Below, one piece after another: positions 9,101 to 17,429 of a stretch of 50,269 bases of DNA; position 1 is the stretch's first letter, and each line of letters starts with the position of its first letter. Under the pieces are notes generated by a model that was not told the origin of the DNA, did no database searches, and saw nothing but the letters and a program-made list of their open reading frames with translations. Position numbers and translations under genes: made by a program. The stretch is from Paludibacteraceae bacterium (GTDB lineage: Bacteria > Bacteroidota > Bacteroidia > Bacteroidales > Paludibacteraceae). The stretch lies in the NCBI GenBank assembly GCA_017986765.1, contig JAGNUZ010000001.1, forward strand, positions 1-50,269, in the 5' to 3' direction.

Positions 9101-10574
9101 GAGGTTCTATGCCGTCGGTAGAGAATTCACCCACCTGATACACTTTGCCATTATACGTATATTCGTATGCTACCGCCAACACCTCATCAGAGCTTAATGT
9201 GCGGCGTAAGGAAATATAACCTAATTGCTTGCTGTATGTATATTCAGTAGGTTCTAACCTTCGGGCACTCTCAATCTTCACATAATCTTCACCTCCTACC
9301 ACTCCGTATGGAGATAAGTTTTGATTCAATACATTATTTGCTAACGAAATAGAGCGATAACCGTCAAGAGCCACCACTTCTCTATACAAACTATTGGCAT
9401 CATTGGCAGGTACGGAAATAGATGCAGAAGGTAGCCAATGTGAATTGTGAATGCGTGTAGGCTCTGCTAAATCCATAAACCCTACAATGTTACGTGCTTG
9501 ATTAAAATCAACTGCATTCTTATTGGTTACCCAAACTTCTATTTTATTAATGACAATACCTGATGAAATATGCGGTAATTTACTCATCGAAGCATCATAA
9601 TTGTCTCTAAAATAATGAGCTAAAAAGAAGTGGCGATTTTCATCGTACTGATCCGCCGACACATCAAACTGAGTAGTTTGTGCTCCACCATTCAGGTTAA
9701 TGGTTTTAGATTCAGACTCTTGTTGCGAAAGTACAGTGGTTACATTTAGTTTGCCGAACTGCATTTCTGTTTTGAAACCAAAGAGCGTGGTATTTCCCGT
9801 TATCAAGCTTCCGCTTAAAGGCATACTCACATTTCCTGCTTCGAGCTTGCGAATAATGTCGTCTTCTTTGCCTTCGTAGCGCAATTTGAGCATCGATTGG
9901 TCAAAATCGAAGGTAGCTTCTGTATCGTAATTAAGTCCGAAAGATAGCTTATCTCCAACAGAACCTTTTACGTTCAACTGTATTTTTTGGTCAAAATCGA
10001 ATACAGGCGGAGGACTTTGCAAACGCTCGCTCAAGGATGGATTTTTAGAACGATAGAATTTTAATCCGAACAACAACTCGGCTGAACCTTGTAGTTTTAA
10101 TTGCACACCACCAGGACCAAACACTTTATCCGCATCGCCCAAGCCAATTTGAATGTCTGTAAGGGAAAAAGGTTTTTCGGTATTTTTTTCTTCTCTGTTT
10201 TTATTTAACCAATATGCATTCACAGACTGTTGCATTTGGTATTTAGCGTATTCTTCTGGTGTTAGATAGGTAGGCGTAGTCAGACTCATGTCATTCAGCC
10301 TATTAGAAAAGATATAACGCTCATTCGAGGGGTCATATTCCACCTCAGCCGAAATATTGTTGGGCATGGGCAAATCGATTGCCGCACGATCTTGTGCATC
10401 AGGGTTGGCGTCTATGTTTGACTTGATAGGGAAACGCAATGCCGTAGCAGGCTCTTCAGCAGAATTTTCGATAATACCTACCGATTGATCCACCTCATTA
10501 TTCGCCACTAAAGAGGAATAGCCAACTATACCACACAGGCTTATAAATACAAGTATTTTATATAATTTATTCAA
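3165..10574 (-). CDS. sprA: Type IX secretion system translocon SprA/Sov
   Basis: Single 2469-aa ORF with a signal peptide and giant beta-barrel-like composition. The size matches SprA/Sov (about 2400-2500 aa), and it lies immediately downstream of ruvA as in many Bacteroidota. The start codon is TTG at 10574-10572. Confidence 0.85.
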   Translation of the reverse strand: MNKLYKILVFISLCGIVGYSSLVANNEVDQSVGIIENSAEEPATALRFPIKSNIDANPDAQDRAAIDLPMPNNISAEVEYDPSNERYIFSNRLNDMSLTTPTYLTPEEYAKYQMQQSVNAYWLNKNREEKNTEKPFSLTDIQIGLGDADKVFGPGGVQLKLQGSAELLFGLKFYRSKNPSLSERLQSPPPVFDFDQKIQLNVKGSVGDKLSFGLNYDTEATFDFDQSMLKLRYEGKEDDIIRKLEAGNVSMPLSGSLITGNTTLFGFKTEMQFGKLNVTTVLSQQESESKTINLNGGAQTTQFDVSADQYDENRHFFLAHYFRDNYDASMSKLPHISSGIVINKIEVWVTNKNAVDFNQARNIVGFMDLAEPTRIHNSHWLPSASISVPANDANSLYREVVALDGYRSISLANNVLNQNLSPYGVVGGEDYVKIESARRLEPTEYTYSKQLGYISLRRTLSSDEVLAVAYEYTYNGKVYQVGEFSTDGIEPPNVLTLKLLKGISQSPNVPMWDLMMKNIYSLGAFQVQKDKFRLDITYRSDSTGVDLNYIPKGQIANTILLRVMNLDRLDSRAEQNPDGVFDFVENFTIYPENGRIIFPVVEPFGSHLRQAFANNAIADEFVFQELYDSTIVVAKEVAEKNKFRLVGQYRSSSGSEIRLNAMNVPQGSVKVTAGGRQLIENTDYTVDYMMGVVNILNETIVESGAPISISLENKSLFSMQRKTLVGTHLDYAFSDKFNVGATFMHLSEKPLTQKVLMGNEPISNTIWGVNTSYSTQSQWITNMLDKIPLLNVTEPSSINFNAEFAQMIPGHSKTIDEQGIAYLDDFESTKIAFDVRHPHTWKLASTPYHPSGGLFPEAGLVNDIEYGKNRALLAWYYIDPIFTRNTSRTPLHIKNDKEQLSNHFVREIREREIFPNRQLMYGQSGYIQTLNMAFYPNERGPYNIDPFSYNADGTLANPKDKWGGMMRRLETTDFENNNIEYMEFWVLDPFVYDSLNVMKGGDLYFNLGDVSEDILKDGRKFFENGLPVTETQPVAESTVWGKVPSRQAVVYAFNNEDNARKKQDVGLNGLTTEEEFEFSTYRTFIEQVRTTLTAGALQGFESDPFSPLNDPGGDNFSHYRSSYYDTQQTGVLNRYKRYNGTEGNSPAQADTNEDFTSSATNLPDVEDINNDNTLNEYEKYYQYKVSLRPEDMVVGENFIADVVNATVELKNGKTEIVKWYQFKIPIRDAENYTAIGGIRDFKSIRFMRMFLTDFEEDVMLRFATLQLVKGQWKTYTKELHTPDVTPTSTASISMSAVNIEENADKTPVNYVLPPGVTRVIDPSQQQIRQDNEQALSMRVLNLSPGDARAVYKSAGIDMRQYKRLQMFVHAEALADNITQLDDSEMRVFIRLGSDFKNNYYEYEIPLRLTDPGNYSTSKPSDQEAVWPSENMLDFSMDLLTDLKVKRNQEKNRMNSVVSNITPYFQYDPTKPSNKMTIVGNPNLGEVEVIMIGVTNSSRTVKSAEVWVNELRLTEFNEEGGIAALGNLGINLSDFGRINVAGRVETVGFGGIEQNVMDRRIDDYYEYNLSTVFDLGRFFPQRSRVRLPIAYSYAQQVSTPQYNPLDKDVLLQEALDATDLKSQRDSIRDRSLDVVTNKSVSFSNVNIGIKSKTPMPYDPANVTLNYAYSETDRQNPTTDIDNEQNYRASVAYEYAWNPKPVEPFAKVKFLSKPAWQLIRDINFYYAPNRISIQTSMVRYYYEQKLRNLADSDMNNLLPTSFQKEFMWNTETDIRWDLTRSIKLSFSSGNQARITENEGGVNRKVYPDEYEEWKDSVVTSILSLGNPYSYNQRANATWALPFSKVPVVNWVSSNVKYTGSYNWEYGTVIDNESLGNTIYNQGAWNLDGRFNFEMLYNKSKYLREINRQYGTSRPQSSSQTTAATKKFEQIVTVVKGEKVIIRHNLNDAKPIVKNQSDGRIYNLRYTSIDANSLSFLPQIDGELSLLFEPRTSQNADIATKVMSYSSRVLMMLRNASFTYTETDGTSIHGFKPGVQVFGLDNYNGKMVPGWDFVFGLQDDNFVNRAMANDWLVYNNTLNPAIYKHTQEFQIRALVEPLAGFKINLVADRVAVQDKQVQFSYDDMPTSVGGNFSMSYLAIATSFSSISKDGAYSSDVYNKFVHNRAMIAARLEQERTGTFYPNQGFITDASLGDTQYDSNISSYSLNSPDVLIPAFLAAYSGSDERTIKLSPFASFWNLMPNWQISYDGLSRIPWISERLRSVNLRHAYTAKYNVGSYNSYLTYVGDDEQSGYIKDVLTGNPIPSSQYSISSVSINEMFNPLIGVDVNMKNSLTAKVELRKGRNLVLNLASNQLVETRNDEYVVGLGYKISNFDVILRLPSNQQKKVKNDLTLRSDFSIRDNKTIVRKIEEGYAQATTGDKILSVKFLADYVFSERINISFYYDLQSNNPIVMTSYPISNSNVGFSVKMLLTR

Positions 10575-10595
10575 AAGAATGGATGCACGTTATTT

Positions 10596-11183
10596 TTATA
10601 ATAATTTCAAAGCTTGTTTAAGAAGCACTTCTATCGAAATCTCAGGCGAATTGGCTAAAATTTTATCTACCACTTTTTGCGAAGCAGCAGCATTAAAACC
10701 TAGCATAACCAAAGCCGAAACAGCTTCTTTTTTAATGGTTGATGATATGGACGATTGGGTATTAGGTTTGGCAAACTGCTCTATATTTCCCAATTTATCT
10801 TTCAAATCGATAATAATGCGTTGGGCTGTTTTAAGTCCTATCCCTTTTACAGATTTCAAAGCACCCTCATTGCCCGAAGCAATGGCTTCCTGAATTTCGA
10901 GCACCGAAAGCGAAGACAATATAACACGTGCCGTATTCGCTCCTACTCCCGAAACAGAAATAAGGTACAAAAACACTTGTCGTTCTTCTTTTTTAGTAAA
11001 GCCATACAACACTATCGCATCTTCGCGAATAGCCTCGTACACATACAACTGGCATGTAGGACTCTCTTGCAATTGGGCATACGTAGTAAGCGATATCTGA
11101 ATAAAATATCCCAATCCGCTATTTTCCACTACTACAAAACTAGGATTTAGTTCTACAACGTCTCCCTTAATATATTCTAACAT
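10596..11183 (-). CDS. ruvA: Holliday junction branch migration complex subunit RuvA
   Basis: MLEYIKGDV..., an OB-fold N-terminus and two HhH motifs ([25 protein letters not shown]). Typical length of 195 aa. Confidence 0.9.
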   Translation of the reverse strand: MLEYIKGDVVELNPSFVVVENSGLGYFIQISLTTYAQLQESPTCQLYVYEAIREDAIVLYGFTKKEERQVFLYLISVSGVGANTARVILSSLSVLEIQEAIASGNEGALKSVKGIGLKTAQRIIIDLKDKLGNIEQFAKPNTQSSISSTIKKEAVSALVMLGFNAAASQKVVDKILANSPEISIEVLLKQALKLL

Positions 11184-11223
11184 AGGTAATTATATATCTT
11201 TTAGCATAAATTCTAAAAGGGTT

Positions 11224-11231
11224 CAAAGGTA
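11224..11231 (-). promoter_or_regulatory. -7 promoter box (TACCTTTG) for ruvA-sprA
   Basis: The minus strand reads TACCTTTG, 40 nt upstream of ruvA ATG 11183. Confidence 0.45.
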
Positions 11232-11234
11232 CGC

Positions 11235-11273
11235 AAAAAAATATTCTTGTCAAATCTTTTTTTTATGACAAGA
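11235..11273 (-). terminator. Putative intrinsic terminator of the symporter gene
   Basis: On the minus strand, TCTTGTCA - 13-nt loop - TGACAAGA is followed by ATATTTTTTT. The 8-bp stem spans 11245-11252 and 11266-11273. Confidence 0.45.
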
Positions 11274-11386
11274 TTTCCTCATATACACAATGTATTTATG
11301 TTAAACGTAGAAATAGGCAAAAACGTATATTGATAGGCATTTTAACTTATTTTATTTTGTGTAAAACAGAAGAATTCAAACCACTT

Positions 11387-12763
11387 TCACTGCATCAGTT
11401 CAGAGTCTGTTTGGTCTAAATTATTGCTCCACAAATACTTTCGTGTTTCAGAAGCTACTACTCCGCTCAGCATCAGCACCATCACTAAGTTTGGTATAGC
11501 CATTAGGGCATTGGCTGAATCGGAAATATTCCATACCAAGGAAATTTTCAATATCGAACCAAAAAAGATAGCCAATATCCATGCTACACGGTAATACACG
11601 ATGATTTTACTACTAAATAAATATTCGAGGGTTCGTTCAGCATAGTACGACCACCCCAACAAAGTTGAAAAAACAAAGGTTAGCAAGCCAAACGTAAGTA
11701 TCGAAGAGCCCCACACATGCAATTTGCTAAATGCCATACTTGTCAACAAAGCACCATCATGGGAATCAATATCTGGGAAAGCCAACACACTGCTGACTAG
11801 CACAATACCTGTGAGAGCACAAATAACTACCGTATCCCAAAATGTACCTGTGGCGGATATTAAAGCCTGACGAACAGCGTTTTTCGTTTGTGCCGCAGCT
11901 GCCACAATAGGCGCAGAGCCTAAACCCGACTCATTGGAGAATAAGCCCCGTGCAATACCGTATCGCATAGACATCATTACAGCAGCTCCTGTAAAACCAC
12001 CTCCCAGAGCCTCCGACGAAAAGGCAGAACGCAAAATGAGCGAAACGGCTGCGCCTACAAATTGATAATTGAGACCTAACAACCATAAACAGCCAATAAT
12101 ATACAGCAGGGCCATCGATGGAACAAGCGCTTTGCACACTCTCGCCACCCATTCTACACCGCCAAACATCACAATACCGACGGTACTTGCCAACACGATA
12201 CCCGTAATATACGGTGGAATGGCAAAATTTTGCTCCACCAATATAGAAATAGAATTGGCTTGGGTCATATTACCAATACCGAATGCTGCTATCGCTGTAA
12301 AAATGCAAAAAAGAACTGCCAACCAGCGCATATGCAATACCTTATCGAGCACCACCATAGCACCACCCATCATTTTTCCATTATCTGTTTTGATGCGGTA
12401 TTTTACAGCCAACAAGGATTCAGAATATTTAGTTGCCATACCAAAAACGCCCGTTAACCAACACCAAAAAACAGCCCCTGGACCACCCAAAGCAATGGCA
12501 GTAGCAATGCCAATTATATTACCCGTGCCAATAGTAGCTGCTAGGGCTATAACAAGTGCTCCAAACTGACTAATATCGCCTTTAGAATCTTTGTCGGACG
12601 TAAAAGATAACTTAATGGCTGTAAAGATTTTGCGTTGCACAAAACCCGTTCTGACTGTTAAAAACAAATGTGTGCCAAAAAGCAAAATAATCATGGGTGC
12701 TCCCCACAAAAATGCATTCGTATGCTCAAAAAAACTTTCTAAAAAAGACAATAGCTCTTTCAT
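11387..12763 (-). CDS. Sodium:alanine (AGCS family) symporter
   Basis: 458-aa polytopic membrane protein with the AGCS signatures GALVIALAATIGTGNIIGIATAI and NESGLGSAPIVAAAAQT. Confidence 0.85.
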   Translation of the reverse strand: MKELLSFLESFFEHTNAFLWGAPMIILLFGTHLFLTVRTGFVQRKIFTAIKLSFTSDKDSKGDISQFGALVIALAATIGTGNIIGIATAIALGGPGAVFWCWLTGVFGMATKYSESLLAVKYRIKTDNGKMMGGAMVVLDKVLHMRWLAVLFCIFTAIAAFGIGNMTQANSISILVEQNFAIPPYITGIVLASTVGIVMFGGVEWVARVCKALVPSMALLYIIGCLWLLGLNYQFVGAAVSLILRSAFSSEALGGGFTGAAVMMSMRYGIARGLFSNESGLGSAPIVAAAAQTKNAVRQALISATGTFWDTVVICALTGIVLVSSVLAFPDIDSHDGALLTSMAFSKLHVWGSSILTFGLLTFVFSTLLGWSYYAERTLEYLFSSKIIVYYRVAWILAIFFGSILKISLVWNISDSANALMAIPNLVMVLMLSGVVASETRKYLWSNNLDQTDSELMQ

Positions 12764-12909
12764 TCTCTTAATGTTAGATATATCTTAGCAAAACAAAATA
12801 AACACAATCATCTGAAAAACAACCCGTTGCAACAAAAACAAAGAAATTCATTCGTTCTTCATCGTCCAAACAGCATAACACCATCGCAACAAACAGAAAA
12901 ACGGCACAA

Positions 12910-12917
12910 CAAAAGTA
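12910..12917 (-). promoter_or_regulatory. -7 promoter box (TACTTTTG) for the symporter gene
   Basis: Minus-strand TAnnTTTG match, leaving a 5' leader of about 145 nt before ATG 12763. Confidence 0.35.
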
Positions 12918-12953
12918 TAATAATTATTAACAAGATAAGAATAAAAAAATAAT

Positions 12954-12961
12954 TACCTTTG
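12954..12961 (+). promoter_or_regulatory. -7 promoter box (TACCTTTG) for mlaE-mlaF-xth
   Basis: TAnnTTTG match 27 nt upstream of ATG 12989. Confidence 0.45.
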
Positions 12962-12988
12962 TGGATTGAACTACTTTAAACATACTAT

Positions 12989-13726
12989 ATGAATTTGATA
13001 GAACACGTAGGTAGGTATTCTAATTTAATGACAGGGGTATTTAAAAAACCTGAAAAATGGAACCTTACGCTTCGCCAAATTGTAAAAGAAATGAGCAAGC
13101 TGGGTGTTGACTCTCTTGGTATTACGATTATCATTTCTGTCTTCATTGGCTCTGTTATTACCTTGCAAACGGTATTGAACACCGCTAACCCCATGTTGCC
13201 AACATATGTTACTGGTTTAGTTACACGAGACACCTTATTATTGGAATTTTCATCCACTATTTTATGCTTAATCTTGGCAGGAAAAGTTGGCTCAAACATT
13301 GCTTCCGAAATAGGCACAATGCGTATTACAGAGCAAATCGATGCCCTCAAAATTATGGGTGTAAATGCACCTAATTTCCTCATTTTTCCAAAAATCATCG
13401 CCTTTTGTATGATTGTGCCTCTACTCGTTATATTCAGTATGTTTACGGGGTTGATCGGAGGCTATATGATAACTTACACGGGGGTTCTCTCTCCATCAGA
13501 CTATATTTTAGGCATACAATTTGCTTTTATACCTTTCTACATTGTGTATTCCATCATCAAATCAATACTATTTGCTTTTATTATCAGCTCTGTATCTGCC
13601 TATTATGGCTATTTTTCGTATGGAGGAGCATTGGATGTGGGTAAATCAAGTACAAATGCCGTAGTAAATAGCAGCATTATCATTTTACTATTCAATGTAT
13701 TATTAACCGATTTATTCTTGATGTAA
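12989..13726 (+). CDS. mlaE: MlaE-family ABC transporter permease
   Basis: 245 aa with the MlaE/Ttg2B pattern (LGVDSLGITIIISVFIGSVITLQ..., EIGTMRITEQIDALKIMGVNP-like motif). Confidence 0.8.
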   Translation: MNLIEHVGRYSNLMTGVFKKPEKWNLTLRQIVKEMSKLGVDSLGITIIISVFIGSVITLQTVLNTANPMLPTYVTGLVTRDTLLLEFSSTILCLILAGKVGSNIASEIGTMRITEQIDALKIMGVNAPNFLIFPKIIAFCMIVPLLVIFSMFTGLIGGYMITYTGVLSPSDYILGIQFAFIPFYIVYSIIKSILFAFIISSVSAYYGYFSYGGALDVGKSSTNAVVNSSIIILLFNVLLTDLFLM

Positions 13727-13728
13727 GC

Positions 13729-14499
13729 ATGATAGAGATAGTAAACGTATGCAAATCATTTGACGGAGTTGAGGTACTAAAAGATATTTCAGCTACTTTT
13801 CACGCTGGAAAAACAAATTTGATTATCGGTCAGAGCGGTTCAGGAAAAACGGTATTGATGAAAAGCATTATTGGCATACACCACGTAACGAGTGGGAAAG
13901 TATTGTATAACGACCGTAATTTTACCGCAATGAGTAGCAACGAAGTAAAAAAGATACGCCAAGAAGTGGGTATGTTGTTTCAAGGATCAGCCCTATTCGA
14001 CTCCATGACGGTAGAAGAAAATGTACGCTTTCCGTTGGAAATGTTTTCATCATTATCCAAAGAAGAAAGAGACGAACGTGTCAATTTTTGCTTAAAAAGA
14101 GTCAACCTACTAAACGCAAACAAATTATTTCCAGCTGAAATAAGCGGTGGAATGCAAAAACGGGTAGCAATTGCCCGTGCTATTGTGTTGCAACCGACTT
14201 ATTTATTTTGCGATGAACCAAACTCAGGGCTCGACCCAAAAACGGCAATACTCATTGACCAACTTATACAAGAAATAACCTCCGAATACAATATCACGAC
14301 GATTATCAACACGCATGATATGAACTCAGTAATGGAAATTGGCGACCACGTACTGTTTATCAACAAAGGCGAAAAATCGTGGGAAGGCGACAAAGATTCT
14401 ATTTTTGAATCGGACAACGAGGACTTAAACGACTTGGTATTTGCCTCCGATTTATTCAAAAAAATCAAAAAGAATTATATACTAAGCAAAACAACATGA
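13729..14499 (+). CDS. mlaF: ABC transporter ATP-binding protein (MlaF-like)
   Basis: Walker A GQSGSGKT, ABC signature ISGGMQKRVAIARA, Walker B LFCDEP. Starts 2 nt after the mlaE stop. Confidence 0.85.
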   Translation: MIEIVNVCKSFDGVEVLKDISATFHAGKTNLIIGQSGSGKTVLMKSIIGIHHVTSGKVLYNDRNFTAMSSNEVKKIRQEVGMLFQGSALFDSMTVEENVRFPLEMFSSLSKEERDERVNFCLKRVNLLNANKLFPAEISGGMQKRVAIARAIVLQPTYLFCDEPNSGLDPKTAILIDQLIQEITSEYNITTIINTHDMNSVMEIGDHVLFINKGEKSWEGDKDSIFESDNEDLNDLVFASDLFKKIKKNYILSKTT

Positions 14500-15257
14500 A
14501 AATAATCTCCTATAACGTAAATGGTATTCGCTCAGCCATCAGCAAAGGATTGCCAGATTGGCTACGAGAGGAGAATCCAGACGTGCTGTGTTTGCAAGAA
14601 ACAAAAGCTCAACCCGAACAAATAGACAATGCTTTATTTGAAGAATTAGGCTATCATTGCTATTTTCATTCTGCCGAAAAAAAAGGCTATAGCGGTGTGG
14701 GCATATTGTCAAAAACGAAACCAGATGCTGTCATATACGGCATGGGTAATGAAAAATACGACAGAGAAGGCCGGGTCATTCGTACCGATTTTGGCACTAT
14801 TAGCGTTATTAGCGTGTATATACCTTCGGGCACTACGGGTGGCGTACGACAAGATTTCAAAATGGAATTTTTATTCGATTTCAGCACATATATTCACACT
14901 TTACGTGAAACTCGCCCCAATTTAGTGATCGCTGGCGATTATAACATTGCACACAAACCCATTGATATCAATCATCCTGAAAGACAAGTGGGAGTATCGG
15001 GGTTTTTACCCGAAGAGCGTGATTGGCTTACTGATTTTTTGGCAAGTGGATTTCTAGATTCGTTCCGCGAAATAGACACTTCGCCCGAAAAATACAGTTG
15101 GTGGAGTTACAGAGCAGGAGCTCGTTCTAGAAACATGGGTTGGCGCATAGATTATCATTTAATCAATAAAGAAATTGCACCAAAACTGAAACACGCAGCT
15201 ATTTTGAATGATATCATTCATTCGGATCATTGTCCTGTACTCGTTGAATTAATTTGA
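14496..15257 (+). CDS. xth: Exodeoxyribonuclease III
   Basis: MKIISYNVNGIRSA..., LCLQETK, GDYNIAH and SDHCPV motifs of the Xth/APE1 EEP nuclease family. ATGA overlap with the mlaF stop. Confidence 0.9.
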   Translation: MKIISYNVNGIRSAISKGLPDWLREENPDVLCLQETKAQPEQIDNALFEELGYHCYFHSAEKKGYSGVGILSKTKPDAVIYGMGNEKYDREGRVIRTDFGTISVISVYIPSGTTGGVRQDFKMEFLFDFSTYIHTLRETRPNLVIAGDYNIAHKPIDINHPERQVGVSGFLPEERDWLTDFLASGFLDSFREIDTSPEKYSWWSYRAGARSRNMGWRIDYHLINKEIAPKLKHAAILNDIIHSDHCPVLVELI

Positions 15258-15270
15258 AAGGAATAAAACT

Positions 15271-15540
15271 ATGCCAAGCTTTTTTCATCGCCCCAAACCA
15301 CGCCAATTTCATGTAACACCGAGGTATTACGATGAACACAAAGAGCGTATAGCCGAATCGCAAAAAAGAGTAGGTTTAGATAAAGAAAACGAAGGTAAAA
15401 ACAGAACCACCTATTCCTCTTCTATTAAAGGTACATTTGGCAATGTAAGCGAAATGATGAAAAGCAAAAACCGCCAAAATATCCGCATGGGTGTGATACT
15501 TGGTGTAGTGGCTTTGGTTCTGTATTTTTTGTTTAAGTAA
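15271..15540 (+). CDS. Small basic tail-anchored membrane protein, function unknown
   Basis: 89 aa: a charged N-terminal part and a single C-terminal TM helix (IRMGVILGVVALVLYFLF). Sits tightly between xth and mutL. Confidence 0.5.
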   Translation: MPSFFHRPKPRQFHVTPRYYDEHKERIAESQKRVGLDKENEGKNRTTYSSSIKGTFGNVSEMMKSKNRQNIRMGVILGVVALVLYFLFK

Positions 15541-15563
15541 TTATTGATACACGTATTTGCTGT

Positions 15564-17399
15564 ATGTCTGATATTATCCATGTACTCCCCGACTCTGTAG
15601 CCAACCAAATAGCAGCAGGTGAAGTTATACAACGACCCGCCTCTGTTGTAAAAGAGCTAGTGGAAAATGCGATTGATGCGGGAGCCTCAACGATACAAAT
15701 TATCATCAAAGATGCTGGCAGGACCCTCATTCAGGTAATTGATAATGGAAAAGGGATGTCAGAAACAGATGCTCGCATGAGCTTTGAACGACATGCAACC
15801 TCAAAAATAACAAGTTCAGCCGATTTATTCAAACTTCAAACCATGGGTTTTAGAGGCGAAGCACTCGCATCTATTGCTGCCATTGCTCAACTTGAAGTAC
15901 GCACGAAAACAGCAACGAGCGAGCTTGGAACGTGCATCGAAATAAGTGCTTCGGTGGTAGAAAAACAAGAAGAAATTACCTGTACTGTGGGAACTAACTT
16001 CATGGTGAAAAACTTATTTTTCAATGTTCCTGCCAGACGAAAATTTTTAAAAACCAACGAAACGGAGTTTCGGAATATCCTCACTACTTTTCAGCAAATA
16101 GCCTTGGTGTATCCCGCCATCGCTTTTACTCTTATTCACAACGAGGTGGAAATATTTCATCTCCCAACGAGCAATCATCGAGTACGCATTAGTACTATTT
16201 TTGGCTCAAAAATTAATCAGCAACTCCTTCCTATTGAAGTAGATACGCATTTAATTTCCTTTTCCGGTTTTGTAAGTAATCCTTCGTTTGCACAAAAACG
16301 TGTAGCGAATCAATACTTTTTTGTCAATGGTCGCTACATACAGCACCCGTATTTCTACAAAGCCATTTCATTGGCATACGAGAAATTACTCCCTGCAGAA
16401 ACACGTCCTTCGTTTTTCATTTATTTCACCATCGACCCCTCTGCTATTGATGTAAATATTCATCCGACCAAAACGGAAGTGAAATTTGAAAACGAACAGG
16501 CTATTTTTCCTATTCTTTCCGCAGCAGTAAAAGAAACTCTGGGTAAATCGAATGCCATTCCTCCTATCGATTTCGACCAAGAGAATGCACCCGAAATACC
16601 CATAATAGGCAATCAAACCTATATTGCACCACCCACTTTGCATGTAAATCCAGGATACAGCCCATTCAAATCAAGCGAATATACACCTCCGACTCACTCA
16701 AACAAAACGATGCCTTGGGCAGATTTATACAAAGAATTTGACAAAAAAAATAATACCGAAGAAAGTCTTACGTTTAAAAGTCATTTTGAAGAACACATAA
16801 AAAGTGAGCAATTATCGCTGTATGCTGAAAATGAAATCCCACATTCAGTGCTACAAGTCAACAAGCAATACATCGTTTATCCATCAGAAAATGGATTGAC
16901 AGTAATACATCAGCAACGTGCTCATATGCAGCATTTATATCTATTGTACAAAAAGAATATGGAGCAAAAGAGAGGTATCTCGCAACAATTATTGTTCCCC
17001 GAAATACTGGAACTAACACCCACTCAACACTGCTCGTTAAAAGAAATACTGGAAGATATATCGTACATTGGTTTTCGCTTAGAAGAGTTTGGCAAAAACA
17101 CCTATCAAATTTTAGGCGTTCCTACACAAATAGAGAGTGCAAGGTGCGTAGAAGTCTTGATAGACTTAATTGAATCAACACAGCAAACAAGCAATACGGT
17201 AAAACAACAGACGCAAGAAAAAATCGCCCTTACTTTAGCAAAAAAAGCGGCTATACAATTAGGAACAGTATTGTCGCAAGAAGAAATGAACGAAGTATTG
17301 CAGACTATTGCACACAGCAAGGGAGCACAGTTTTCTCCCGAAGGCAAAAAAATAATCGCACATATTACACTCCCCGAAATTGACAAATTGTTTAATTAA
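15564..17399 (+). CDS. mutL: DNA mismatch repair protein MutL
   Basis: GHKL ATPase N-terminus (IHVLPDSVANQIAAGEVIQRPASVVKELVENAIDAG, DNGKGM, GFRGEAL). 611 aa. Confidence 0.92.
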   Translation: MSDIIHVLPDSVANQIAAGEVIQRPASVVKELVENAIDAGASTIQIIIKDAGRTLIQVIDNGKGMSETDARMSFERHATSKITSSADLFKLQTMGFRGEALASIAAIAQLEVRTKTATSELGTCIEISASVVEKQEEITCTVGTNFMVKNLFFNVPARRKFLKTNETEFRNILTTFQQIALVYPAIAFTLIHNEVEIFHLPTSNHRVRISTIFGSKINQQLLPIEVDTHLISFSGFVSNPSFAQKRVANQYFFVNGRYIQHPYFYKAISLAYEKLLPAETRPSFFIYFTIDPSAIDVNIHPTKTEVKFENEQAIFPILSAAVKETLGKSNAIPPIDFDQENAPEIPIIGNQTYIAPPTLHVNPGYSPFKSSEYTPPTHSNKTMPWADLYKEFDKKNNTEESLTFKSHFEEHIKSEQLSLYAENEIPHSVLQVNKQYIVYPSENGLTVIHQQRAHMQHLYLLYKKNMEQKRGISQQLLFPEILELTPTQHCSLKEILEDISYIGFRLEEFGKNTYQILGVPTQIESARCVEVLIDLIESTQQTSNTVKQQTQEKIALTLAKKAAIQLGTVLSQEEMNEVLQTIAHSKGAQFSPEGKKIIAHITLPEIDKLFN

Positions 17400-17429
17400 C
17401 AAAATTGACATACATAAATATATTAAGAT

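Noticed and set aside
12069-12569. Long antisense ORFs opposite real genes. Examples: 12069-12569 (+), 12985-13398 (-), 21757-22212 (-), 10755-11150 (+), 447-812 (+), 1152-1514 (+), 23986-24363 (-), 39995-40357 (-).
   Set aside because: Each lies entirely inside a strongly supported gene on the other strand. The translations are low-complexity or Cys/Ser/Ile-rich with no recognisable motifs. They are typical shadow ORFs of AT-rich coding DNA.
12764-12909. Possible glycine riboswitch or other leader RNA in the 5' region of about 145 nt upstream of the Na+/alanine symporter gene.
   Set aside because: I could not find the conserved glycine-riboswitch elements (GGAGAG...CACCG...GGGGCAA-type cores) or any convincing stem structure. 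There are only T-rich sequence and tiny uORFs (5-25 codons) with no distinguishing features.
12918-12929. Perfect AT palindrome TAATAATTATTA between the divergent symporter and mlaE promoters, considered as a Fur-like box.
   Set aside because: It is only 12 bp and pure A/T in a very AT-rich spacer. It resembles (NATWAT)n only loosely, and neither flanking gene is iron-related.
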